A stretch of DNA of 64,000 nucleotides from Minisyncoccota bacterium (GCA_035531495.1 DATKSU010000006.1:1821-65820); one strand, 5' to 3'; positions 17,534-27,000 are shown, counted from the stretch's first letter. Made by a program: numbers and translations. The notes: a model not told the origin generated them from the letters alone.

Positions 17534-17803
17534 TCAGAATCGCTGTAAACGGTTTTCGAGAAAGCAGATGCCGGTGGTCGCGTACGCCAAGCCGCGTTCC
17601 GTTACCCGATAGATAGGCCCGTCATAGACCCATTGCTTGCGCGTGAGGCCTTCCGGCTTCACCCATCGACGCTTCACGATGAGAAGATACCGCGACGACG
17701 GCAACTCATCCGCCGATGCCTCGTCGCGGACTTTCACGAGCGTGCAAGTATCGAATTTCGGTTTCGGACGAGCGAACGGGAGAAGCGATGCGAGAAAGAG
17801 CAT
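17534..17803 (-). CDS. hypothetical small protein (89 aa)
   Basis: Complete ORF with host-like codon usage immediately downstream of smc. No recognisable motif. Confidence 0.4.
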   Translation of the reverse strand: MLFLASLLPFARPKPKFDTCTLVKVRDEASADELPSSRYLLIVKRRWVKPEGLTRKQWVYDGPIYRVTERGLAYATTGICFLENRLQRF

Positions 17804-17849
17804 GAACCCTCCGTGAGAACAGGGTGCGCGTACCCTAACATCATGGGAG

Positions 17850-20054
17850 TCATTTCGCCACCTGCACCGCCTCCTCGAACTTCACGGAGAGGAGTTTCGA
17901 GACCCCGTCGCCGCCCATAGTGACGCCGTAGAGGATGCCGGCGCGGCTCATGGTCTCGCGATTGTGCGTGATGACGATGAGCTGCGACTTCTTCGCGAGG
18001 TTCTCTATCATATCGCCGTAGCGGCGGCTATTCGCTTCGTCCAAGGCCGCGTCGGTCTCGTCGAGTATGAGGAACGGCGGCGGGTTCACTTGACTCATCG
18101 CGAAAATGAGCGCGATGGAAGTCAGCGCGCGCTCGCCGCCCGACAGCTGCATGAGGGAACGTATTTTCTTCTTTGGCAGGTTGACGGAGATCTCGATGCC
18201 GGGACGCTGCGTCGCTTCCGGCGTCTCTGGCGTTTCCTCCTCGCCTTCGTCCTCTTCTGCATCCTCCGGCTCCTCGAGCACGAGGCGGGCGCCGCCGCCG
18301 CCGAACATGAGCGCGAAATATTCGCTGAAGGTCGCGTTCACCTTCGCGAGTCCGTCGGCGAAATGCCGGGCGAGCTCGGTATTCAAATCCTCGATGAGGG
18401 CGCGCAGGCTCGCCGCCGACTTCGCGAGGTCGTCAAGTTCGGCGGCGAGGAAGAGGTCGCGCTCCGACGACTCCTTATATTCGTGCCGGATATCCTCGCC
18501 CGTGCCGCCGGCCTCCTCGAGACGAATCTTCGTGCGCTCGAGCGTACGCCGGCGCTCTTCCTGTACGCGGCGTTCTTCCTGCGGCAGCGCGGCGAGCGCG
18601 TCGTACGACACGGCCTCGGCGCCGCCGACCGTGAGCGTCTCGGCCTTGTCGCGGTCGAGCGCCTCGGCCAACAGGATGAGCTCGTGCTCACGCGCTTCGA
18701 GCTTCGCGACTTCCCCCTCCTCGTGCGCCTTCGACTGCGCGAGATCGAGAATGCGCCGGCGCGCTTCGCGGCCGGTCTCCTCGAAGGCGAGCATCGCCTC
18801 GCGGGCGCGGGCGCGGGCCGACTCCGCCTTCTCGAGCGCCGCGGACATGGCCGAGTACTTCTCCGCAAGCGCCGTCTTCTCCGCATTCAAGCGGTACGCG
18901 GCATCCTCTTCGTCGGAGAGGTACGCATCGCCCGGCGCGCCGTGGCGCGAGAAGAATGTCTCGATGGCGGTGCGGATGGCGGCGAGCGCGGCGCGCAGCG
19001 CTTCGACGCTATCGCCGGCGCCCGTCGTCTGCTTTTTCACCTCCTCGTGGAGCGCCGAGAGCTCCTCGCGCGGCACCTTCGCGTACGGCTCGCGCGCGGC
19101 CGCTTTCGCGCGGCGCTCCACTTCCGAGAGCGCGCCTTCGACGCGCCCCATCTCGCGTGAGAGCGTGGCGCGCTCGCTCGCTCGCGCGGAGACCCCGTTT
19201 TCGGCGGCGCGCAGCGCTTCGGTGAGCTTCGCCGTCTCGCCATCGCCGGAGGCCGCATCGGCGACGCGGTCGAGTTCGGCGCTCGCAGTGGCGAGGCGCT
19301 CCGCGGCGCGCCGCTTCTCCGCGGCCGTCGCGCGCGTCTCATGGGCGAGGTACGCGTCCTCGATCGAGAAATACGCCCGCGCGAGCGCGACGAGCTCGCG
19401 GCGCAGCTCGTCGGCGCGCTCGAGCTTCTCCACCTGCTTCTCGAGGAAGCGTAGGTGCGGCGCGAGCTCGCGGCGCAATGATTGCACCTGGGCGATATTC
19501 TCCTCGGTCTTCACGAGCTTACGCTCCGCCTCTTGCTTCTTGAACTCGTAGAGCTTGAGTCCGAGCGCGTCCTCGAGCGTCGCGCGGCGCTCGCGCGCGT
19601 TCGAGAGCAGGATGCGGTCCGCCTCGCCTTGCGAAATGATGTGGTGGCCCGTCTCGCCGATGTTCGCGCTCGCGAGGAGCTCAGCGACGTCGCGCAGCCG
19701 CACGCGCGAGCCGTTGATGGAGTATTCGCTCGTCCCGTCGCGCAGCACGACGCGCTCGATGACAACCTCGTCGAAATCGACCTTGAACACGCGGTGTGAG
19801 TTGTCGAAGACGATGGAGACGCCCGCGCGGTTCGCGCGCGGTACGGAGTGCGAGCCGCCCCAGATGAGGTCTTCAGCGCGCTTGCCGCGCATGCTCTTAA
19901 TCGACTGCTCGCCGAGCGCGAAGCGGAACGCCTCGGCGACGTTCGATTTACCGGAGCCGTTCGGCCCCACGATGGCAGTCGTCGCGTTCGAGAAGTCCAA
20001 GACGGTCTTCTTGGCGAACGACTTGAAGCCAGCGATTTCAAGGCGCTTCAGCAT
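17850..20054 (-). CDS. smc: SMC-family chromosome segregation ATPase (short, 734 aa)
   Basis: N-terminal Walker A FKSFAKKTVLDFSNATTAIVGPNGSGKSN, coiled-coil middle region, C-terminal signature LSGGERALTSIALIFA and Walker B FLILDETDAALD. Confidence 0.85.
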   Translation of the reverse strand: MLKRLEIAGFKSFAKKTVLDFSNATTAIVGPNGSGKSNVAEAFRFALGEQSIKSMRGKRAEDLIWGGSHSVPRANRAGVSIVFDNSHRVFKVDFDEVVIERVVLRDGTSEYSINGSRVRLRDVAELLASANIGETGHHIISQGEADRILLSNARERRATLEDALGLKLYEFKKQEAERKLVKTEENIAQVQSLRRELAPHLRFLEKQVEKLERADELRRELVALARAYFSIEDAYLAHETRATAAEKRRAAERLATASAELDRVADAASGDGETAKLTEALRAAENGVSARASERATLSREMGRVEGALSEVERRAKAAAREPYAKVPREELSALHEEVKKQTTGAGDSVEALRAALAAIRTAIETFFSRHGAPGDAYLSDEEDAAYRLNAEKTALAEKYSAMSAALEKAESARARAREAMLAFEETGREARRRILDLAQSKAHEEGEVAKLEAREHELILLAEALDRDKAETLTVGGAEAVSYDALAALPQEERRVQEERRRTLERTKIRLEEAGGTGEDIRHEYKESSERDLFLAAELDDLAKSAASLRALIEDLNTELARHFADGLAKVNATFSEYFALMFGGGGARLVLEEPEDAEEDEGEEETPETPEATQRPGIEISVNLPKKKIRSLMQLSGGERALTSIALIFAMSQVNPPPFLILDETDAALDEANSRRYGDMIENLAKKSQLIVITHNRETMSRAGILYGVTMGGDGVSKLLSVKFEEAVQVAK

Positions 20055-20112
20055 TTATCACAGTATACAGGGCGCCCGCCCGCCGGGCAGGCGGTCTGTT
20101 GTGCATGCTCCC

Positions 20113-20451
20113 CTAGGCCGGCTCTACGGTGACCGCCGTACCGTATGCAAGCACCTCCGTCACGCCATTCGCCACGTCGTTCGCGTCATAGCGCGCGCCG
20201 ATGACCGCGTTCGCCCCCTTGTCCGCGGCATGGTCGAGCATCTTCTCGAACGCCTCGGTGCGCGTGCGCTCGCAGAGGTTCGTGTATGCCGTGATGTTGC
20301 CGCCCACGAGCGTCTGGAGACTCGCGCCGATATTCACGATGAGATTGCGCGAACGCACGATGATGCCGCGCACGACGCCGTGGTTCACGACGATGCGGTA
20401 ACCCGGCAGTTCGAACGCTTGCGTGACCATCTCTTCGGGAATCTTCGCCAT
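20113..20451 (-). CDS. YbjQ/UPF0145-family protein
   Basis: LPGYRIV...GANAVIGARYD pattern of the UPF0145 family. Start at M10, which has TATACT 9 nt upstream lying inside the rnc 3' end. Confidence 0.65.
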   Translation of the reverse strand: MAKIPEEMVTQAFELPGYRIVVNHGVVRGIIVRSRNLIVNIGASLQTLVGGNITAYTNLCERTRTEAFEKMLDHAADKGANAVIGARYDANDVANGVTEVLAYGTAVTVEPA

Positions 20452-20471
20452 ATGCCGGCAGTATACCCCGT

Positions 20472-21161
20472 TCACCATCCTGTCGCATCGAGCGCGGACT
20501 GCGCAGCCGCCTGTTCCGCCTCTTGTTTGCTCCTCCCCTCACCGCGCGCGATCTCCTCGCGCCCGATGAAGACGCCAACAGTGAATCGCTTGTCGTGATC
20601 GGGTCCGACTTGCGCCAAGGTCTCGTACGACGGCGTCACACCCCGCTTCTCTTGCGCCGTTTCCTGGAAGCGGCTCTTCGCGTCCTGATAGGCGCGCTTC
20701 GCGATGACGTCATCGATCTTGCTCGAGAGGTGCGCCCTGATGAACGCATCCGCAGCTGCATACCCCTGGTCGAGATAGATAGCGCCGATGATGGCTTCGA
20801 ACGCATCGGCGAGGATGACGTCGCGCGCGCGGCCCGTGTCCTTCGCTTCGCCTTTGGAGAGGAGAAGATACTCATTCACGCCGAGCGCCTGCGCGCTCTC
20901 GGACAGCGATCTCGTGTTCACGAGCGCGGCGCGGTAGCTCGTGAGTTCGCCTTCGGGCTTCGCCGGGAATTTCCGGAAGAGGAAATCGGTCACCGCGAGC
21001 TCGAGCACGGCGTCACCGAGAAACTCGAGCCGCTCGTTATGGCTACCCGCGTACTCGCGGTGCTCGTTCAGGTAGGAACGATGCGTGAGCGCCTCGGTGA
21101 GGAGGTCGGGGTCTGAGAACGATATCCCGAGCGCCGAAGCGAGTGAGGCGAAATCAGGCAT
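20472..21161 (-). CDS. rnc: ribonuclease III
   Basis: RNase III signature ERLEFLGDAVLELAV and a C-terminal dsRBD. Confidence 0.9.
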   Translation of the reverse strand: MPDFASLASALGISFSDPDLLTEALTHRSYLNEHREYAGSHNERLEFLGDAVLELAVTDFLFRKFPAKPEGELTSYRAALVNTRSLSESAQALGVNEYLLLSKGEAKDTGRARDVILADAFEAIIGAIYLDQGYAAADAFIRAHLSSKIDDVIAKRAYQDAKSRFQETAQEKRGVTPSYETLAQVGPDHDKRFTVGVFIGREEIARGEGRSKQEAEQAAAQSALDATGW

Positions 21162-21217
21162 AGTGGAATCATTCGCAGTATGCCGCAGGCGGCAAGAAAA
21201 TCAAACGGCGGCGCGGC

Positions 21218-22117
21218 TTACGGCGTCGGCCCGCTCTTATCGAGCAGCTTCTGCACGGCCGCCGTGACGATGGGCAGCATGTCGTCATAGAAATTGAGGT
21301 CGATGATGTCCTGGAGCCTGAACCACTTGGCGTCGTCGAGTCCGCCGCTCTTCTTGAGCGTCAAGGGCTCGAACGCGGAAGACGCGAGGAAGAACCAGAC
21401 ATGCTTCCTGACGCGCCCTTTCTCCGGATGCGAGGCGACATACTCGTTCTCACCTACCTGACCTTCAACCGCCGCCGTGAGCCCGAGCTCCTCCTTGATG
21501 ATGCGCACGACGCCCTCCTGCGGCGTCGGATCGGCCTCGATGTGGCCTTTCGAGAGCGTCCAGTGGCCGAAGACGTCATGGACGAGTGCGAGATAATACT
21601 GGCCGTCGTGCTTGGCGTAGACGATGGCGCCGCCCATCTTCTCGAGCGGCAGCTCTTCGCGCCGCACTTTCTTCTTCCCCTGCTCGTCCTTGCCGGGTTC
21701 GCCGAGTTCCTTATAGACGGCGCCGAGGACGCCGTTGACGAAGCGGCCGGAGGATTCCCCGCCGAAGGTCTTGGCGAGCTCGATGGCCTCGTTGATGGCG
21801 ACTTTCGCCGGCACCTGCGTCCGGTCGGCGAAGAGGAGCTCGTAGAGGCCGAGTCGCAGGATGTTGCGGTCGACGGGCGCGATGCGGTCTAAGGGCCACT
21901 CGGGCGCAGCCTTCTCGATGACGAGGTCGAGGTCGGCGTGCTTCGCAAGCACGCCGGAAAGGAGTTGTTCCATGAACGGCTGGTCGGTGCTGTCGCCCGC
22001 GAATTCCTCGATGTTGCGGGCGAGGACGCCGGCCGCGTCTTCCTCGGACAGGTGCGTCGTATCCCACTCAAAGAGCGTCTGCAGTACGACCGAACGCGCT
22101 AAGTGCCGATTCGCCAT
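21218..22117 (-). CDS. nusB: NusB antitermination factor fused to a C-terminal NUDIX hydrolase domain
   Basis: An N-terminal ~140 aa NusB fold (SVVLQTLFEWD...AINEAIELAKTFGG) joined to a C-terminal Nudix box GHWTLSKGHIEADPTPQEGVVRIIKEELGL in one ORF. Confidence 0.75.
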   Translation of the reverse strand: MANRHLARSVVLQTLFEWDTTHLSEEDAAGVLARNIEEFAGDSTDQPFMEQLLSGVLAKHADLDLVIEKAAPEWPLDRIAPVDRNILRLGLYELLFADRTQVPAKVAINEAIELAKTFGGESSGRFVNGVLGAVYKELGEPGKDEQGKKKVRREELPLEKMGGAIVYAKHDGQYYLALVHDVFGHWTLSKGHIEADPTPQEGVVRIIKEELGLTAAVEGQVGENEYVASHPEKGRVRKHVWFFLASSAFEPLTLKKSGGLDDAKWFRLQDIIDLNFYDDMLPIVTAAVQKLLDKSGPTP

Positions 22118-22142
22118 GGAAAGATCCTGCGCTCATGATATC

Positions 22143-22175
22143 GCAAAAACGAGACCCGCGCACGCGGCGCGGGTC
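22143..22175 (-). terminator. intrinsic terminator downstream of rpmF
   Basis: Perfect GACCCGCGC/GCGCGGGTC 9-bp stem followed by UCGUUUUUGCG on the minus strand. A TATCAT -10 box for the nusB fusion follows. Confidence 0.6.
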
Positions 22176-22200
22176 CGTCTCTGTGGATTCTCGCGATGCG

Positions 22201-22560
22201 TTACGACGCCTGCCCGCCCATGCCGCTTCTTGCTTTCGGACGGCTGCCGGCCGCAAGCTTGCCGAGGAAACCCTTCGACGTCTTCGCTGCGGCGTTCACG
22301 TGCTCCGCGTGCGCATGCTCATGCGCGTGCGCCGACACGGGTTCCGTGTCCGGACCCTTCTTCGCCTTCGGCGCGCGCGCCTGCTTCCCTTTCGGCGCGA
22401 AAATCTGCTTCCCGCGGTACATGCCCGTCGTCTCGTCGACGCGGTGCGGGAGGACGAGCGTGCCGCTCGCCGCGTCCTTCACAGCGCGGATGCCCGTGAG
22501 TGCGTGGTGCGACCGGCGGTTGCCGGTGTGACCCCTCGTATGGCGCATGCGGATTGACAT
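22201..22560 (-). CDS. rpmF: 50S ribosomal protein L32 with ~60-aa basic/His-rich C-terminal extension
   Basis: N-terminal RRSHHALT...YRGK bL32 motif, an AAGGTG SD 7 nt upstream, and a tail containing AHAHEHAHAEH. Confidence 0.8.
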   Translation of the reverse strand: MSIRMRHTRGHTGNRRSHHALTGIRAVKDAASGTLVLPHRVDETTGMYRGKQIFAPKGKQARAPKAKKGPDTEPVSAHAHEHAHAEHVNAAAKTSKGFLGKLAAGSRPKARSGMGGQAS

Positions 22561-22589
22561 GAGCGCACCTTATCACGGAGAGAATGAAA

Positions 22590-22625
22590 AGCAAAGCGGT
22601 CCTCGTCGAGGACCGCGATGGCGAA
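22590..22625 (-). terminator. hairpin plus U-rich tract between small ORF and rpmF (terminator/attenuator candidate)
   Basis: GCGGUCCUCG/CGAGGACCGC stem followed by UUUGCUUUUCAUUCUCUCC on the minus strand. Confidence 0.4.
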
Positions 22626-22649
22626 AGATCGGTACAGCTTGTTGTGGCG

Positions 22650-23033
22650 TCAGCGTTGCGATTCACGCATCGCTATGACCTCTTTGACGAACGGGTGCGG
22701 GCCCTTCCGTCGTTTCCGATTCCGGACCATAGGGAGCGGCGAGCTGCCGTCGCATGCCTGAACTTGGACGATCGTCACGTACGTCGCGACTTGCCCCGTA
22801 TGCCCGCAGAGCATCTCGCACCTGCCGTCGACTTCCCTCGTCCTGCCGGAGCACCCGTTACAGCTGGCACAACGCTCGAACCCCGTGCCAGCGAGCTGTC
22901 GCGCATGCTTCTCGATGAGGGCGCGATCCGTGCGGCTCGACACCCGTGATGGGGAGTTCTGTTTATTCAGCACTGGTAATTTCCTTCTCGTTGAGGACTG
23001 CGCTTGCCTGAGCCCCATGCCCGAGGCAGCCAT
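22650..23033 (-). CDS. hypothetical small Cys-containing protein (possible very divergent YceD/DUF177-like, upstream of rpmF)
   Basis: ORF taken from the internal ATG (M32) just after repeat element A. It has CASCNGC and CEMLC cysteine pairs and a C-terminal PHPF. Its position before rpmF matches the yceD-rpmF arrangement. The codon usage of the N-terminal third is atypical. Confidence 0.35.
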   Translation of the reverse strand: MAASGMGLRQAQSSTRRKLPVLNKQNSPSRVSSRTDRALIEKHARQLAGTGFERCASCNGCSGRTREVDGRCEMLCGHTGQVATYVTIVQVQACDGSSPLPMVRNRKRRKGPHPFVKEVIAMRESQR

Positions 23034-23037
23034 AGTT

Positions 23038-23095
23038 TTAATCCCATTCAGAGCCGAAATCAAGGCGTGAAAACGGCCGGCGGTGGATAAAGAGG
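23038..23095 (-). promoter_or_regulatory. conserved upstream element copy A (promoter-like hexamers TTGATT-N17-TAAAAC plus TATCCACCGCCGGCCGTTTT motif)
   Basis: About 55 nt sharing TATCCACCGCCGGYCGTTTT...CCTTG.AT...GGGATTA with copy B at 23461-23518. Both copies lie directly upstream of a small ORF. Confidence 0.45.
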
Positions 23096-23132
23096 CGGGC
23101 GCTGCTCGTTGAGCGGCGCCCGGCACCGGGCC

Positions 23133-23423
23133 TCATCGGCCATCGGGGAGTTCATCGGATGACCAATAGGGACAGCCGATCGTCTCCTCAGGGACTTTCA
23201 GTTGATCGAGGATCTCGCACTTCACGACCGTGGATCTGCCTCCGCCGTCCGGGTCGTGTGGCGGGAAGTACCAGTTGGCGCCGCTGCATTTCCGGTAGAC
23301 GCCGTCCGCTTCTCGCACGCAGTCGAATTTTGCATCTCTGAGTTTCTTGACGGTCGCGAGGAGCGCGCCGTCATAATGAGCGCTTCTTGGGTGGGAAAGG
23401 GTCTCGCTCAAGGGAATCTCCAT
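23133..23423 (-). CDS. hypothetical small Cys-containing protein (97 aa)
   Basis: ORF from MEIPLSE with four Cys and host-like codon usage. It is preceded by element B, an AGGAGG, and a 4-codon mini-ORF inside a CCGGGC/GCCCGG hairpin. Confidence 0.45.
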   Translation of the reverse strand: MEIPLSETLSHPRSAHYDGALLATVKKLRDAKFDCVREADGVYRKCSGANWYFPPHDPDGGGRSTVVKCEILDQLKVPEETIGCPYWSSDELPDGR

Positions 23424-23460
23424 AAAGGTCAAACCGGGCGCATGCCCGGCTCTCCTCCTT

Positions 23461-23518
23461 CTAATCCCGTGCGCGACGGGATGCAAGGTGCAAAAACGAC
23501 CGGCGGTGGATAGCGCAC
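23461..23518 (-). promoter_or_regulatory. conserved upstream element copy B (TTGCAT-N17-TAGAAG plus TATCCACCGCCGGTCGTTTTT motif), overlapping the rnhB 3' end
   Basis: Sequence repeat of element A, with an ATCCCGT-CGCGC-ACGGGAT hairpin inside the spacer. Confidence 0.45.
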
Positions 23519-24060
23519 GGACCATGCACAGCAAGCGCCGCATAGTGCGCCTTCGTCCCGTACCCTTTGTGCCGCTCGAAGCCGTACGCCGGATGCTCGA
23601 GCGCGAGGCGCTGCATGAGGCGGTCGCGCGTCACTTTCGCCGCGATGGACGCGAGCGAGATGAGCGGGACGAGCTCGTCGCCGTCGATGATGGTCCGCTG
23701 CACGTATTCGGCGGGCGCGCGTAGCGCGCCGTCGAGCTCGACCGTGGCGAGCGCCGCGTCCGGCGCGAGCGCGTTCACGCCGCGCGCGACCGCGCGGCGC
23801 ACGACGGTCGCGATGCCCTCCGCATCGATGGCCGCCGCGCTCTCGAGCTCGACAACGAAGCGCGCGTCGCCCTGCGCAGCGCGGCGCTCGAGAAGCGCGA
23901 AGAGCGCCTCTCGTTTCTTCCCCGACAGCTGCTTCGAGTCGCGGACGCCGGAGAATTCCCGCGCGACGTCGAATCCCTCGGGCACTGCGACGACGCCGAC
24001 CGCTACCGGACCGGCCAAGGGCCCGCGCCCTGCCTCATCGACGCCGAGCACGAATCGCAT
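23461..24060 (-). CDS. rnhB: ribonuclease HII
   Basis: GVDEAGRGPLAGPV active-site N-terminus and HRRSF C-terminal motif. The start is uncertain: M18 gives 24060, while M10 at 24084 gives the typical N-terminal length but overlaps the dnaE start head-to-head. Confidence 0.8.
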   Translation of the reverse strand: MRFVLGVDEAGRGPLAGPVAVGVVAVPEGFDVAREFSGVRDSKQLSGKKREALFALLERRAAQGDARFVVELESAAAIDAEGIATVVRRAVARGVNALAPDAALATVELDGALRAPAEYVQRTIIDGDELVPLISLASIAAKVTRDRLMQRLALEHPAYGFERHKGYGTKAHYAALAVHGPCAIHRRSFLHLASRRARD

Positions 24061-24082
24061 CCAGAAAGTATACTGGAAGGGC

Positions 24083-27000
24083 ATGGCGAGCCGGTTCATC
24101 CACCTCCACACCCATAGCCACTACAGCTTCCTCCAGGCGCTGCCGAAAGTGGATGAGCTCGTCGAGAAAACCAAGGCCGAGGGGATGGACGCGCTCGCGC
24201 TCACCGACGCCGGCAACATGCACGGCGCCATCGAATTCTATAAAGCGGCCATGAAGGCGGGCGTGAAGCCCATCCTCGGCGTCGACACCTATCTCGCGCC
24301 GCGCTCACGGCACGAGAAGGACCGCGTGCTCGACGCGAAGCGCTCGCGCATCGTGCTCCTCGCGGAGAACGACGCCGGCTACAAGAACCTCCTCGTCCTC
24401 GTGACGAAGTCGTGGACTGAGGGCTTCTTCGAGCGGCCGCGCGTCGACAAGGAGCTCCTGCGGGAGCACGCGGACGGCATCATCGCCATCCTCCCGTCCT
24501 TCTCGGGCGACGTCGCGCAGCTCCTGCGCGCCGGCGACCCAGACGGCGCCGCGGCGGCCGCCGCGGAATTCACGGACATCTTCCCCGCCGATGGCGGGGC
24601 GAGCGGCCGCGAACCCCGGCTATTCCTCGAGGTCACACACCACCCGCGCGTGCGCGGGCACGAGGCGCTCATGCAGAAGATTGTCGCGCTCTCGCGCGAG
24701 AGCGCGACGCCGCTCGTCGCCCAGCACGACGTCTACCACCTCGAGCCCGACGATCGCGTTGCGACCGAGATCATGCGCCGCATCCGCCAGGGCGAGCGCG
24801 GCCGGAACGAAGAAGAGGATTTCTCTTTCATCAGCGAGAAGATGGCGATCGCGTACTTCAAGGACCTCCCTGACGCGATTGGAAACACGCGCGCCATCGC
24901 CGACCGCTGCTCGGTCGAATTCACGCTCGGGAAGTGGACCTTCCCCGCCGTACCGGTCTCGCCGGGCTTCGCGAATCACGATGAGGAGCTGCGCGCGAAA
25001 GCGTATGCGGGCATCACGGCGCGCGGGCTCGCGGAGACGCCCGCCATCATCGAGCGGGTCGAGTACGAGCTCAAGATTATCATCGACAAAGGCTTCGCCG
25101 TGTACTACCTCATCGTCGCCGACCTCCTCGCTTTCGCGAAGAGCGCCGGCATCCTCACGACGACGCGCGGCTCGGCGGGCGGCTCTCTCGTCGCCTATCT
25201 CGTCGGCATCACGAATGTCGATCCGCTTTTCTATAAGCTGCCGTTCGAGCGCTTCCTCAACCCCGAACGCCCGAAGGCCCCCGACATCGACATGGACATG
25301 GCTGACAACCGCCGTGACGAGATGATCGCGTATGCGAAGCGCACGTACGGCGACGACCACGTCGCGCAGATCGGCACGTTCGGTACGATGATGGCGCGCG
25401 CGGCCGTGCGCGACGTGGCGCGCGCGCTCGGCCATTCCTACACGACCGGCGACCGCATCGCGAAGCTCATCCCCATCGGCTCGCAGGGCTTCCCGATGAC
25501 CATCGAGCACGCGCTCGAGCTCGAGCCGGATCTGAAGGCCATTTACGACGAGGATGAGGACGCGCACGAGATTATTGACCTCGCCCGCCGCATTGAGGGC
25601 TGCGTGCGACACGTCGGCGTGCACGCAGCGGGCGTCGTCGTCGCACCGACGCCCTTGGTCGAGTGGACGCCCATCCAGCCGGACCCGAAAGGCACCGGCA
25701 AGCTCATCACGCAGTACGATATGTACTCGATTACCGACGAGTACGGCGGGGTCGGCCTCCTCAAGTTCGACTTCCTCGGCATCAAGAACCTCTCCATCCT
25801 CGCCGACGCGGTCGCGCGCGTCGCGGCGACGCGCGGCATCGCCGTCGACATCGAGAATGTCCCGCTTGACGACGCGAAGACGTTCGCGATGCTCGCGAAG
25901 GGCGACACCGAGGGCGTCTTTCAGCTGAACGGCTCCGGCATGACCCGCTGGCTCAAAGAGCTCAAGCCCTCGACCATCCACGACATCAACGCCATGGTCG
26001 CCCTCTACCGCCCGGGCCCGATGGAGACCATCCCCGGCTATATCGAGCGCAAGCGCAATCCGCGCATGATCCGCTTCGAGGACGAGCGTATGAAGGAATA
26101 TCTCGACGCCTCCTACGGCCTCCTCGTCTACCAGGACGACGTGCTCCTCACCGCTATCACGCTCGCCGGCTACTCCTGGCTCGAGGCCGACGCCTTGCGC
26201 AAGGCGATGGGCAAGAAGATACCGGAGGAGATGGCCGCGCAGAAAGAAAAGCTCATGAAAGGGTTCATGGAGCACGGCAAGCTTTCTCGGGAGAAGTCCG
26301 AGCGGCTCTGGAAGCTCATCGAGCCCTTCGCCGCCTACGGTTTCAACAAGGCGCACGCCGCGAGCTACGGCAAGGTCGCCTACCAGACCGCCTACATGAA
26401 GGCGAACTATCCCGTCGAATACCTGGCCGCTCTCCTCACGGCGGATTCGGGCGATACCGACCGCATCGCCGTCCTCGTCGCGGAAGCGAAACGCATGGGC
26501 ATCCCGGTCCTGCCGCCGGACGCGAACGAGAGCTCTTCGGACTTCACGGTCGTCGGCGAGAAGAAGGACGCCATCCGCTTCGGCCTCTCTTCCATCAAGA
26601 ACTTCGGCGAAGGCGTCGCGGGCGCAATCCTCGCGGAGCGCGAGGCGCACGGTCCGTTTGCTTCGCTCGCGAACTTTCTCTCCCGCGTCGGCTCGAAGAA
26701 CTTGAACCGCAAGTCGCTCGAGGCGCTCATTAAGTGCGGCGCGCTCGATTCGCTCGGCGACCGGAGCGCGCTCCTCGGCGGCATCGAGACCCTGCTCGAA
26801 TTCCATCGCGAGGCGACGGCCGAAGCGCCGCAGGATTCCCTCTTCGGCGCGCTCATGGCGCCGCCGCCCTTGGAGCTCGCGCCCGGCGCGCCGATATCGC
26901 TCACCGACAAGCTTGCCTGGGAGAAGGAGCTCCTCGGCATCTACGTCTCCGGCCATCCGCTCGACGCGCATCCGGCGACGATGGCGAAGGTGAAGGTGTC

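Noticed and set aside
20113-20478. ybjQ-like start at the track M1 (20478), overlapping rnc by 7 nt
   Set aside because: Family N-termini place the start 8-10 residues before LPGY. M10 at 20451 has a TATACT -10 9 nt upstream. M1 was kept only as an alternative.
23038-23518. Possibility that the duplicated elements are fragments of RNase P RNA or another known ncRNA (a GGCGTGAAAACGG stretch vaguely resembles the P10-P12 GGUGAAA region)
   Set aside because: No CR-I or CR-IV RNase P blocks (GGAAAGUCCGG, ACAGAAxCCGGCUUA) are nearby. The elements are only about 55 nt and each sits directly before a small ORF, so a promoter or regulatory cassette fits better.
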